Shown piece by piece: positions 17,557 through 26,690 of a stretch of 64,000 nt of DNA. The notes under the pieces were generated by a model, which worked only from the letters and a program-made list of their open reading frames with translations, had not been told where the DNA came from and did not search any database. Each line of letters opens with the position of its first letter. Within the stretch, counting starts at the first letter, position 1. The stretch comes from a virus (taxonomy: Duplodnaviria > Caudoviricetes): IMG/VR virus record IMGVR_UViG_3300005711_000021, positions 1-64,000 of that record; one strand, given 5' to 3'. The translations under genes were made by a program, and so were the position numbers.

Positions 17557-18777
17557 ATGGCTATTAATTTTGCAGAAGCAATGGAAAATCTTAGTGAATA
17601 TAGAAAAGCTGCAGAAGCTGCGGTAGCAGAAGGAAAACAACCTGCTATTTCTATTAAAACTTTAGACCTTATGGAAAAAATGGGTCGTAATTTTAGAGGA
17701 GATTTCTCGAAAGGTAAAGCAAGTATTCAAGAAGCTTTAACATCAACAGATGCTGTTAAACTTTTCCCTAAAGTAATTGAAGGAAAACTTCGTGAAGCTG
17801 CAGAACCAGAATATTTAGGAACACGTTTCATGGATACAATTCATGTTGAAGGTGGTTCATCTACAGTATTCCAAATTCCAGTAGTAGGAGAACTTGTTGC
17901 TAGTGAAGTTGGAGAAGGTACTCGTTACAATGAAGACTATGTAGACATGAACACAATCGAAAACGCTCCACTTGAAATCAGAGTGAAGAAAATCGGTTTA
18001 AAAGTGTCTATTACAGAAGAAGCTATTAATGATTCTAGCTGGGATATTCTTGGTCTTAACATTCGTAAAATGGGTAGAGCTATGGCTCGTTATAAAGAAG
18101 AATGGATCTTTAATACATTCTCTGATCATGGTCATGTAGTATTTGATAATAACTTAAGATCTCAAAATCCTGCAGCAGGTACAACAGGTAGAGATCAAGA
18201 TGGTTCATACAATGATACAATGTCTGTAGAAGATTTCTTAGACTTAGTACTTGCAATGATGGGTAACGGATTTACTCCAACAGATGTAATTATGCATCCT
18301 CTTACTTGGGTAGTATTTGCTCGTAACTCAATGCTTGGAAATGGTCTTACATATGGTGCTTTCGGTGCTAACAATGTTCATCCAAATGGTGCTATTCAAG
18401 GTACTCCAGCTGCATTTGGTATGTCTAACAACGGAGATGGACAAAAACTTATCATGAGTCCAGATCAAGTACAAAACCGTTTACCAGTTCCACTTACAGT
18501 AAACTTCTCTCCATTTGTTCGTTTTGATAAAGTTCAAAAACGTTTTGATATGTACTGTATCGATCGTACAGAAGTTGGTTGCATCGTTCAAAAAGAAGGT
18601 TTAACAACTGATAACTGGACAGATCCAGAAAGAGACATTAGAAGTCTTAAATGTAAAGAAAGATACGGGGTAGGCGTATATAACAATGGTCTTGCTATTA
18701 CAGTAGCAGCTAACATTGCTGTGGCTCCATCTTACCCAGTACCACCAGCTGTAACAGTAGTAACAAAACAACCTTAA
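17557..18777 (+). CDS. major capsid protein (HK97 fold)
   Basis: Position and size; EVGEG, KKIGLKVSITEEAINDS, IMHP and ERYGVGV are typical MCP segments. Confidence 0.88.
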   Translation: MAINFAEAMENLSEYRKAAEAAVAEGKQPAISIKTLDLMEKMGRNFRGDFSKGKASIQEALTSTDAVKLFPKVIEGKLREAAEPEYLGTRFMDTIHVEGGSSTVFQIPVVGELVASEVGEGTRYNEDYVDMNTIENAPLEIRVKKIGLKVSITEEAINDSSWDILGLNIRKMGRAMARYKEEWIFNTFSDHGHVVFDNNLRSQNPAAGTTGRDQDGSYNDTMSVEDFLDLVLAMMGNGFTPTDVIMHPLTWVVFARNSMLGNGLTYGAFGANNVHPNGAIQGTPAAFGMSNNGDGQKLIMSPDQVQNRLPVPLTVNFSPFVRFDKVQKRFDMYCIDRTEVGCIVQKEGLTTDNWTDPERDIRSLKCKERYGVGVYNNGLAITVAANIAVAPSYPVPPAVTVVTKQP

Positions 18778-18839
18778 TAAAAGTTTTTAATGACTGCACT
18801 GTAATGGTGCAGTCTCACTTTAAAAAGGAGGATAATTTA

Positions 18840-19235
18840 ATGAGAATTAAAATTGCAGAACTTAGATTGGCTCCAGGTCAAGTAGGTTTTTATGATGAGT
18901 TAACTAATATTCATTTAACTTTAACAAGACCTTTCGCATCTGTATATCAAGGTATGAATACATCAAGACTTCAACAATCAGTTAATTCTGGAAGACTTAT
19001 TTTAGTTTCTGGTTCATTAAGACCAGCTCCAATTAATGTTTCTGAAGAAATTGAAGTAGAAACAGTAATTAATAAAGATAAAGTTGAACCTTCTAAAAAA
19101 GAAGAAACAACAGTTGTAGAAGTTAAAGCTGAAGAGCCAGCTATTAAAGAAGTAGTTGCAGAAACAGTTGTAGAAATTGAAGAAGCTCCAAAAACAAAAA
19201 AACGTACTTCTAAAAAGAAAGAAGTAGAAGAATAA
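18840..19235 (+). CDS. hypothetical head-associated protein with E/K-rich tail
   Basis: SD AAGGAGG before ATG 18840 (track start is 18804). Confidence 0.7.
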   Translation: MRIKIAELRLAPGQVGFYDELTNIHLTLTRPFASVYQGMNTSRLQQSVNSGRLILVSGSLRPAPINVSEEIEVETVINKDKVEPSKKEETTVVEVKAEEPAIKEVVAETVVEIEEAPKTKKRTSKKKEVEE

Positions 19236-19257
19236 TTATTTCAAGGAGGAATTACCT

Positions 19258-19326
19258 ATGGCATGTAAAACAAGTGGTTCTTCTAAAAAAGGAACTAAAA
19301 AGAGTACTAAGGGTAAAAAAAAGTAA
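19258..19326 (+). CDS. 22-aa lysine-rich microprotein MACKTSGSSKKGTKKSTKGKKK
   Basis: Strong SD AAGGAGGA at 19243-19250; fills the intergenic gap; not in the ORF track. Confidence 0.6.
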   Translation: MACKTSGSSKKGTKKSTKGKKK

Positions 19327-19387
19327 TTTCGCCGAGAGGCAAAGATCAACTTGTTACTAGAAAATAAAATAAAGGTTGTGGTGATAC

Positions 19388-20173
19388 ATGTATCAAGAAT
19401 TTATAGCATCTGTAATTAATACAGATATCCGTTCGAAAAAAATAATAATTGAATTCTCACATGATATCGATGCTTCATCTATTGATGATAACACACTTCA
19501 AATTATTCATCGTAAAACAAGAGATTTTATGGATTACCATATTAGTGTAGAAGGAAAGGTCGTTTCAATTACTTTATTGGAATGGCCTTTACCTAATGAA
19601 GAGTATATCTTAAAAATTGAAAAGTTTAAAAATATATTGGGAGATACATTAGTCTCTGGCATTCGCAAAAAAATCATATTTGAAAGTTCTATTTGTTCTA
19701 CTGTGGACATTACTAGTCCAGCTTTTAATGAAGTGATTAATGAACTTGTAATTAAATGGGTTGAAAACAAAACAGATGAAACTCATGAATTAGTTAATAG
19801 CTTTTATTTAGAAGTTAGCCCAGAAGCTAATTTTTATAATATTAATTACAAAACATTAGTTACTAATCAAAATGAAATAGAATTACCTGTATTAAAAGCT
19901 GGTCAATACTATGTAAGATGTAGAGTACAAAAAGATAATCAATATGGTTTTTGGAGTGAAACAATTACATTTCTAATTGACAAAACTCCTGCTAAGCCAG
20001 AGACTATTTTTGACTCTGAAGAAGATAACGATGAGCCAATTTTCGTAGATGATATACAAATCTTAAATACACCTAAAAGTGGTGAAACTCCTTCTTCTAT
20101 TATGATAGAATTTGATTGTGAAATCGATAGTGATTTCTTAGATAACATTATTCTAATAAGGAGGGATTACTAA
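19388..20173 (+). CDS. Ig-like/FN3-domain virion protein
   Basis: IIIEFSHDIDASSI (Big_5-like) and GQYYVRCRV...GFWSE (FN3-like). Confidence 0.7.
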   Translation: MYQEFIASVINTDIRSKKIIIEFSHDIDASSIDDNTLQIIHRKTRDFMDYHISVEGKVVSITLLEWPLPNEEYILKIEKFKNILGDTLVSGIRKKIIFESSICSTVDITSPAFNEVINELVIKWVENKTDETHELVNSFYLEVSPEANFYNINYKTLVTNQNEIELPVLKAGQYYVRCRVQKDNQYGFWSETITFLIDKTPAKPETIFDSEEDNDEPIFVDDIQILNTPKSGETPSSIMIEFDCEIDSDFLDNIILIRRDY

Positions 20174-20838
20174 TGGAAAGAGTTAATTTCTCTATAAAAG
20201 TTTTTGATAACTTTATTGAACTTATTCCTGAGGGCGGGGTAAAAGATAATTCTATTTATGAAATTAGATTAAAAGATCTTAAACAAGAAAATGGTCATAA
20301 AGTATTAGATAATGAAACAATTAAGTTTTGTACTAAGATGACTCCTGCCTATACCTCATTAGAGTCTGTTAAAGCTTTAGTAGAAAATTGTAATATACCA
20401 GATGAAACAATTCTTTATCATATCAGAGAAGCATCTAAATATGCTGATTACATTAAGAAATGTAAGGATGCTTATGGTAGACCTGATATTATGCTTCAGT
20501 CAGATGTAGAACTTATTAAATTTCAAAAGGAACAGTTTTCAAAATATAAAGCGGCTTATGAATGTATCCTTAGATTCTATATGGATAAAGCTGCAGAACA
20601 TGGCATTAAAGGAACTTTAGGAGATATTACATTTGATACAACAACAACTTTACCAGATATCTCTAAACTTCTTGCTACATTAAAAAAAGAAGTAGAAGAT
20701 TGGGAACTTGCTTTACAAGGTCATACTAATATAAGAGCAAGTATGCGTACAGGTGTAAAATCATCTACAGGTACATCTTATTCTGCTACAGCAAAAGCAG
20801 CTGAACCACCAGAATATTCAAGGAGGTCTTACACATGA
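20173..20838 (+). CDS. putative head-tail adaptor (neck) protein
   Basis: Position; AYTSLESVKAL...ILYHIREASKYAD helical adaptor pattern after a beta-rich N-terminus. Confidence 0.55.
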   Translation: MERVNFSIKVFDNFIELIPEGGVKDNSIYEIRLKDLKQENGHKVLDNETIKFCTKMTPAYTSLESVKALVENCNIPDETILYHIREASKYADYIKKCKDAYGRPDIMLQSDVELIKFQKEQFSKYKAAYECILRFYMDKAAEHGIKGTLGDITFDTTTTLPDISKLLATLKKEVEDWELALQGHTNIRASMRTGVKSSTGTSYSATAKAAEPPEYSRRSYT

Positions 20839-21293
20839 AGAATGTAACTAAAGACCTATTTAATAAAAACATTGAAAATATAATTGAGTTATTAGACCAC
20901 GAAGTTTATGTGGTCTATCTCAATAAAAAAATAAAATGTACTTGTTTACAAGAAGGAACAAGTCAACCAAATGTAAGTTGTAAAAGATGTCTTGGAACAG
21001 GTTATAAAATTAAAATTAGAAAATGTATGGCAGTATGCCAAGATTCTTCTATCCCATCTACTATTCGTAATACAACTGGATTTATTGTGTCTAGAAATTA
21101 CTATGTCCGATCAAAGGACAGGCTAAATAATGATGATATTATCGTAGATGGTAATGATGTTTATTTTTTATTCCAAGGACCAGACTATGCTTCATTTGAT
21201 GGAAAACAAATCTTTCAAAAGTGTTCTGCTATGCCAAAAAAATTAGATTCAGAAGAATTCTTTATTAACTTTAATAATATTGTAGGTAGGTGA
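20835..21293 (+). CDS. putative head-closure protein with Zn-binding motif
   Basis: CTC...CKRCLGTG; position after the adaptor. Confidence 0.55.
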   Translation: MKNVTKDLFNKNIENIIELLDHEVYVVYLNKKIKCTCLQEGTSQPNVSCKRCLGTGYKIKIRKCMAVCQDSSIPSTIRNTTGFIVSRNYYVRSKDRLNNDDIIVDGNDVYFLFQGPDYASFDGKQIFQKCSAMPKKLDSEEFFINFNNIVGR

Positions 21294-21298
21294 TATAT

Positions 21299-22282
21299 AT
21301 GAACAATAGTATTCTTATAATAGGAGAGGGATCAACTACATACGGTATTAATCAAATCATTAAACAAGATTCATTAAAACTTGTTGCAGGACTTTATGGT
21401 GAAAACAGCGAATTAACACAAGCATTTGAATTAGCACAAAGTATAGGTGCTACAAATATATATCTTGCAAATGCTCAATCAAAAACAGCACATATTGATA
21501 TTATGCAAATAGCTAGGCAGCACAATTTTACTTATATCGTTCCTATTGGTGTAAGATTTTCTGATAAAGCTTTTAATAAACAGCTTAATCGTAGTATGAC
21601 TTTTGCAGAGATATTTCTACGTATCACAACTGTAATGACAGATTCTATTATTGTTATGACAGATAATCATGCTTCACTCTATGAAGACATTGATTCTTAT
21701 TTAAATGATATGTTTGATAAAATAAAATTCTTTAAAACAGAAGCACAATCTATTTTAGATAATGGTAGACAATTATGGTTAGTAGGTAACAATTTAAAAG
21801 ATGTACCTTATGCTAATGTATTATTAACAGCTATTATGGCTATAACCGATTTACCAGCATATCCTGATTATGCAATACCAGAAGCTATATTTAATATAGA
21901 TGAAATAGATGTAGATAATAAAGAATTAATTTATTTTAAAAACAATGTCTATGCAAATAATTCTATAGAAAACTTTGTTAATTTCCATAATGAGTATAAT
22001 GCATATAAAATAGCACCAATTGATATGGTAATAAGACAGATAAATGAAGATATTGATCTATCATATTTTAGCGGTAAATTATTTACCAACCAAGTTAAAT
22101 TAAAAATACAAAGTCTTGTTCAAGAGTATTTAAATTCTATAAAAGGTAAAATGATAAGAGACTACTCTATATTAAGTATTGATACTTATTTAGAATCAAG
22201 TTATTCCTATACTATAGTTGTTTATTTTAAAATTTTACCAATGAATTCTCTTGAGGAATGTGATGTAGTAATTGAGGTGTAG
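21299..22282 (+). CDS. short tail-sheath paralogue
   Basis: Its N- and C-terminal segments align by eye with those of the 958-aa sheath. Confidence 0.6.
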   Translation: MNNSILIIGEGSTTYGINQIIKQDSLKLVAGLYGENSELTQAFELAQSIGATNIYLANAQSKTAHIDIMQIARQHNFTYIVPIGVRFSDKAFNKQLNRSMTFAEIFLRITTVMTDSIIVMTDNHASLYEDIDSYLNDMFDKIKFFKTEAQSILDNGRQLWLVGNNLKDVPYANVLLTAIMAITDLPAYPDYAIPEAIFNIDEIDVDNKELIYFKNNVYANNSIENFVNFHNEYNAYKIAPIDMVIRQINEDIDLSYFSGKLFTNQVKLKIQSLVQEYLNSIKGKMIRDYSILSIDTYLESSYSYTIVVYFKILPMNSLEECDVVIEV

Positions 22283-22285
22283 CCC

Positions 22286-22981
22286 ATGATAAAAAATCTA
22301 GACTTAGAAGATTTGCTTTTAAGTAAAGACGAAAAAAGAAAAGAAGTTGATTTACCAGCTAGACGTGATATTAATATAGAAGAAATCATAAAGATAGCTG
22401 AATCTGAACATCCAGAAGATAAGTATATTTTAACAGCTGAAGCGAATGCTTCATTATTTGATCTTATAAAGATGATTGATAAACTTGTTAAGATTACTAT
22501 GAAAGACTTAGATGTTCAATTTGTTCCTGATGAAGACAAAATACCTATAATAACTCCTGACATTAATCTTAATACTCCATACATTACATATAAAGTAATA
22601 GAGAGAACTCCAAAAGGTGAATTAAAACCTAGAGTTCGTCAACAAATAGAAGAAAAAAGTCATGATAAAGATGAGGCAAGAGTAGGACAAGTATTTGGTC
22701 AAAAATTTTCATCAATTATACAATTTGATATCTTTTCAAGTGTATATGCTACGGCAGAACAGGTAATGGAAAGATTTGAGGAGCTGTTATTCGTTTACGC
22801 TGGCTATTTTAAGCGTAAGGGCGTAAGTGAAATCTATTTTAAAAAACAATACACGGATTCTTCCTATAATATTTATCGTCAGCAGATATCTGTTAGAAGC
22901 ATACAATATTATGTGGAAACAGAAAAATTGATTGTGGTATTCCGTGACAAAATTCAAGAGATTGAAACTCTTGGTTTATAA
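22286..22981 (+). CDS. putative tail terminator/completion protein
   Basis: Directly before the sheath gene; PYITY...IQFDIFS...AEQVMERFEELL pattern. Confidence 0.55.
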   Translation: MIKNLDLEDLLLSKDEKRKEVDLPARRDINIEEIIKIAESEHPEDKYILTAEANASLFDLIKMIDKLVKITMKDLDVQFVPDEDKIPIITPDINLNTPYITYKVIERTPKGELKPRVRQQIEEKSHDKDEARVGQVFGQKFSSIIQFDIFSSVYATAEQVMERFEELLFVYAGYFKRKGVSEIYFKKQYTDSSYNIYRQQISVRSIQYYVETEKLIVVFRDKIQEIETLGL

Positions 22982-22996
22982 GAAAGGAGCATTTAA

Positions 22997-25873
22997 ATGG
23001 GCGTATTTGACAATGAATTAATCCTCCCAGGTACTATTACAGAAATTACTTCTGACTATAGCTATGGCTATGACACATCTCTTTTCGGAACAACAGATTC
23101 CGTAACAATTATTGGTACTGCTTTTAATGGTCCAGTTGGACAAGCTGTACAAATTTATTCTCCAGAACATGCTGCTTATATCTTTGGTGAGTCTTATGAC
23201 TATGCTACAAGACGTGAAGCAACATTAGTTGCTGAAATTATTAATGCATGGGAAAGAGGATGTCGTACTATTTATGCAGTTCGTGTATCTGGTAAAGACA
23301 TTCATAAAGACTTCGAAGTGATTCCAGAAACAAAATTAAAACTTCGTGTATCTGGTCTTTTCCCATCTAATGCCAATAAAGAAATTTATATGGTATATGA
23401 TAATACAGATGGAGCAGAAGCTATTAAAATCTATAAACCTGCAAAACGTGCTACTATGCAAGAAAAATTAGAAGGTCTTGTAGATGCAGAAGAATCTATC
23501 TTAGTAGCTAAAATCGAAATTAACAACAGCTACGGTTTAACTAAAGATTCTAGACTTGTTGAACTCATCAAAGTTGTTAATGAACATTACTACAACAATG
23601 TAATCAAATTATCAATTGTAGATGATAACGGTGCTGATGTTACTTACTCTTCTAAAGAAGCTCAAGCATTATCTGTAGGTTCTTTATTCCCAGGTGCTTA
23701 CTTCATTGGTAGAGATAAAAACAAAGGTGTTGCAGTAACAGATGTTCAATATAAGTTCGTTAAAGATGGTAAAAAACCATATGAAAACTTTGATGACTAT
23801 ATCTACAAAAACTTAGTAATCAATACTGATGTAAATGCTGCATATCCTATCTATGGTGAAACAGTTCAAGCTCTTAACGAAAAACTTCCAGTTAAAATGA
23901 GCACACTTTTTGACTTCTTAGAAGTAGTTGGAAAAGTGGATGAAGTATTTGGTAAAAATAAAACTGATTATGAAGAAGTAGAAATTAGCGATTTTGATTT
24001 ATACAGCCGTCTTGGTTCTGGTTATGCAATCACTGCTAAAGCAGAAGTAAATGAACATGGTGTAATCAAAAAAGTAAGAGAAACTCCTTCATCTGATGTT
24101 AATCGTGTTGTTGGTATTACAGATGGTATTTACTCAATGCTTGAAAACTTAACATCAGATTATCGTGTATTAACTTGTGGTGTTGCTGATTCTACTATTA
24201 GCGGTAAGCTACCACGTAAAGCTGATTTCAAGGTTATGAGACCAAAAACAGTTACAATGAAAAATGTTATTCAAATTGATTCTTTAGTAGATCCAAAAGA
24301 ATTCGTTGATGCAAAAAAATATAAATTTGCTGTAGAAAAAATTGATGCAGCTGTTGATGGTGAAAAAATTCAACCTTTAATCTATACAGAAAAAACATTT
24401 AAATCCGTATCAATTGCTACAAAAATCAATGAAAAATGTAATTTAGCAGAAGGTACTCTTGTACTTGTTAATGAAACATCTACTGAAACTCTTTGTAGAG
24501 TAACAGACGGTATTGTTGCTCCTTTAGCTGCTAGCAAAAATTCTAGTATGGTTGGTATGCTTTTATTTAAAGGTAATGCTGGCTATAAAGTAGAAGCTTC
24601 AGCTGATAAATTAATTGCTAAACCTGCTGAAGCAGTTGCTTTAGGAACAGGTATCAAGAAAGAACCATTCAAATATGTATTAGTTGAAAGTGTTGGTTCA
24701 GTATATGTATATGAAATTAAAGATGGTGCTCTTTCTAAATTAGCTCCAGTAGGTAGTGTAGAAGAAGTATTTAATAGCAATGATGATAAAACATTAATCA
24801 CAATTCAATCTGAATTTGGTCAAGAAAACATTATCACTATTAAATCTACAGAATTCGATTATACAACATTAGAAGAATTTGTTGAGATTTTAAATGCAGA
24901 CAAAAACATCAATAAATTGTTTGCTTTTAAATTAACTGCAAATGGTATTGTTGAAAAAGATTCAACAGTTGAAGATGTATTTAAACTTGCTTCATCAAGC
25001 AATGTATTTAATGGAACTACAATGGCTGCTGATAAAGAAGAAGGTGTTGATACAGCTTTATATATTCCATATAAAACTAACGACAACTTCGCTCGTCATT
25101 TAGCTCAACATTGTACATACACTTCACTTAAAACTGCACCAACTCATGGTGTAATTGGATGTTCTAAACTTATGGATGTTAATTTAACATCAGTAGCTAA
25201 AAAAGTGGATAGCGTATTAGATTTAGATCTTACTCTTTATGCTAAAAAATCAAACGGTAAAGACATCTTAGATAGAAACAATATGCCATATCCAATTGGT
25301 AAAAACGTTTCTGTTGTTGTAGGACAATATTTATTTACTACATTAGATGGATACTCATATATTTCTAATAGTGCTGCTGGTTATGCAGGTATGGTTTCAG
25401 TACTTGCACTTGATCAATCATCTACTAACCAACCAATTAATATCCCAACTCCTATGTATGAACTTACTAACTACCAATTAAGTAAGTTAACTCAAAAAGG
25501 ATATGTTACATTCAAACAATCTTATACACAAGGTATTGTTGTAACAGATGGTATTACAATGGCACCAGCAACTTCTCCATTCCGTAGACTTTCTGTAACA
25601 AGAATTACTAACGCAATTGAAGAAGTTATTCGTACAGCTTGTGAACCATTCATTGGTAAACAAAATCATTTAGCTAACCGTAACTCAATGCAAACATCTA
25701 TTAAGTCTGGATTAGACAAACTTAAAGGAAAACTTATTGAAGGTTACTCATTCAAGTTACAACTTGATTCAGCTTCAACAAAACTTGGAATCGTAAATAT
25801 CGATTATAGAATCGTACCTATTTACGAAATCCGTGAAGTTCGTAACAACATCACTGTTGGCGACAATCTATAA
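22997..25873 (+). CDS. tail sheath protein
   Basis: LPGTITE, IIGTAFNGPVG, FRRLSVTRI, FIGKQN and IVPIYEIREV sheath signatures. Confidence 0.88.
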   Translation: MGVFDNELILPGTITEITSDYSYGYDTSLFGTTDSVTIIGTAFNGPVGQAVQIYSPEHAAYIFGESYDYATRREATLVAEIINAWERGCRTIYAVRVSGKDIHKDFEVIPETKLKLRVSGLFPSNANKEIYMVYDNTDGAEAIKIYKPAKRATMQEKLEGLVDAEESILVAKIEINNSYGLTKDSRLVELIKVVNEHYYNNVIKLSIVDDNGADVTYSSKEAQALSVGSLFPGAYFIGRDKNKGVAVTDVQYKFVKDGKKPYENFDDYIYKNLVINTDVNAAYPIYGETVQALNEKLPVKMSTLFDFLEVVGKVDEVFGKNKTDYEEVEISDFDLYSRLGSGYAITAKAEVNEHGVIKKVRETPSSDVNRVVGITDGIYSMLENLTSDYRVLTCGVADSTISGKLPRKADFKVMRPKTVTMKNVIQIDSLVDPKEFVDAKKYKFAVEKIDAAVDGEKIQPLIYTEKTFKSVSIATKINEKCNLAEGTLVLVNETSTETLCRVTDGIVAPLAASKNSSMVGMLLFKGNAGYKVEASADKLIAKPAEAVALGTGIKKEPFKYVLVESVGSVYVYEIKDGALSKLAPVGSVEEVFNSNDDKTLITIQSEFGQENIITIKSTEFDYTTLEEFVEILNADKNINKLFAFKLTANGIVEKDSTVEDVFKLASSSNVFNGTTMAADKEEGVDTALYIPYKTNDNFARHLAQHCTYTSLKTAPTHGVIGCSKLMDVNLTSVAKKVDSVLDLDLTLYAKKSNGKDILDRNNMPYPIGKNVSVVVGQYLFTTLDGYSYISNSAAGYAGMVSVLALDQSSTNQPINIPTPMYELTNYQLSKLTQKGYVTFKQSYTQGIVVTDGITMAPATSPFRRLSVTRITNAIEEVIRTACEPFIGKQNHLANRNSMQTSIKSGLDKLKGKLIEGYSFKLQLDSASTKLGIVNIDYRIVPIYEIREVRNNITVGDNL

Positions 25874-25875
25874 AA

Positions 25876-25903
25876 AGAAGAAGGGGTTAATTCCCCTCTT
25901 CTT
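25876..25903 (+). terminator. hairpin between sheath and tube genes
   Basis: AAGAAGAAGGGG-TTAATT-CCCCTCTTCTT imperfect stem. Confidence 0.5.
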
Positions 25904-25928
25904 ATAATAAATTAAGGAGTGAAAATAT

Positions 25929-26609
25929 ATGGCAGATACAAATGTTCAAGACTATACAAAAACCTATACAACTTTCTCTGGTTGTGACATTGTTGCTACA
26001 TTTAATGGTAAAGTAGTTGGTGAGCTTCAAGCTATTACATATTCTATCTCTAGAGAAAAAGCACCTGTATATACAATGGGTTCTGCTGAGCCTCGTTCCT
26101 TTAGTAGAGGGAAAAGGGGAATTGCAGGTACTTTAGTATTTACAGTATTTAATAGAGATGCTTTAATTGAAGAATTTAAACCAATGCTTTCTGGCGGAGA
26201 TTCTCTTGATTCTAAAGGTATTTTAAAATACAAAATGAATGATCAATCTTTTGCTGGTGATGCAGGTTATGTATCTATCGAAGAATGGGATGCTCAAATG
26301 ACTCAACTTGCAGGTGGAAGTGCAGACGGTACAACTGCTGCTACTGGAAAACTTAGCGATTTAGTTAAGAAATTTGAACCTAAATATGCTGATGAAATCC
26401 TACCATTCGATATTACAATTACATTTGCTAATGAATATGGACAACGTGCAGTACTTGTTATCTACGGTGTAGAGTTACTTAACGAAGGTTCTGGATACTC
26501 TATTGATTCTGTAACAACAGAAAAAGCTTACACATTCGTAGCTCGTAGAATCGATCATATGCAAGCACTTGATAAAGACGATGATACTAATTTCTCATCT
26601 ACATGGTAA
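25929..26609 (+). CDS. tail tube protein
   Basis: Follows the sheath gene; FSGCDI, GKRGIAGTLVF and PFDITITFANEYG. Confidence 0.75.
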   Translation: MADTNVQDYTKTYTTFSGCDIVATFNGKVVGELQAITYSISREKAPVYTMGSAEPRSFSRGKRGIAGTLVFTVFNRDALIEEFKPMLSGGDSLDSKGILKYKMNDQSFAGDAGYVSIEEWDAQMTQLAGGSADGTTAATGKLSDLVKKFEPKYADEILPFDITITFANEYGQRAVLVIYGVELLNEGSGYSIDSVTTEKAYTFVARRIDHMQALDKDDDTNFSSTW

Positions 26610-26631
26610 GAAATACATAATATGAAGTAAT

Positions 26632-26672
26632 AAATGAGAGAAGGCTAATGTTCGGCCAACTCTCATTTTTTT
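26632..26672 (+). terminator. intrinsic terminator after the tube gene
   Basis: AAATGAGAG...CTCTCATTT stem followed by a T run. Confidence 0.65.
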
Positions 26673-26690
26673 ATGGAAAGGAATGATGTA

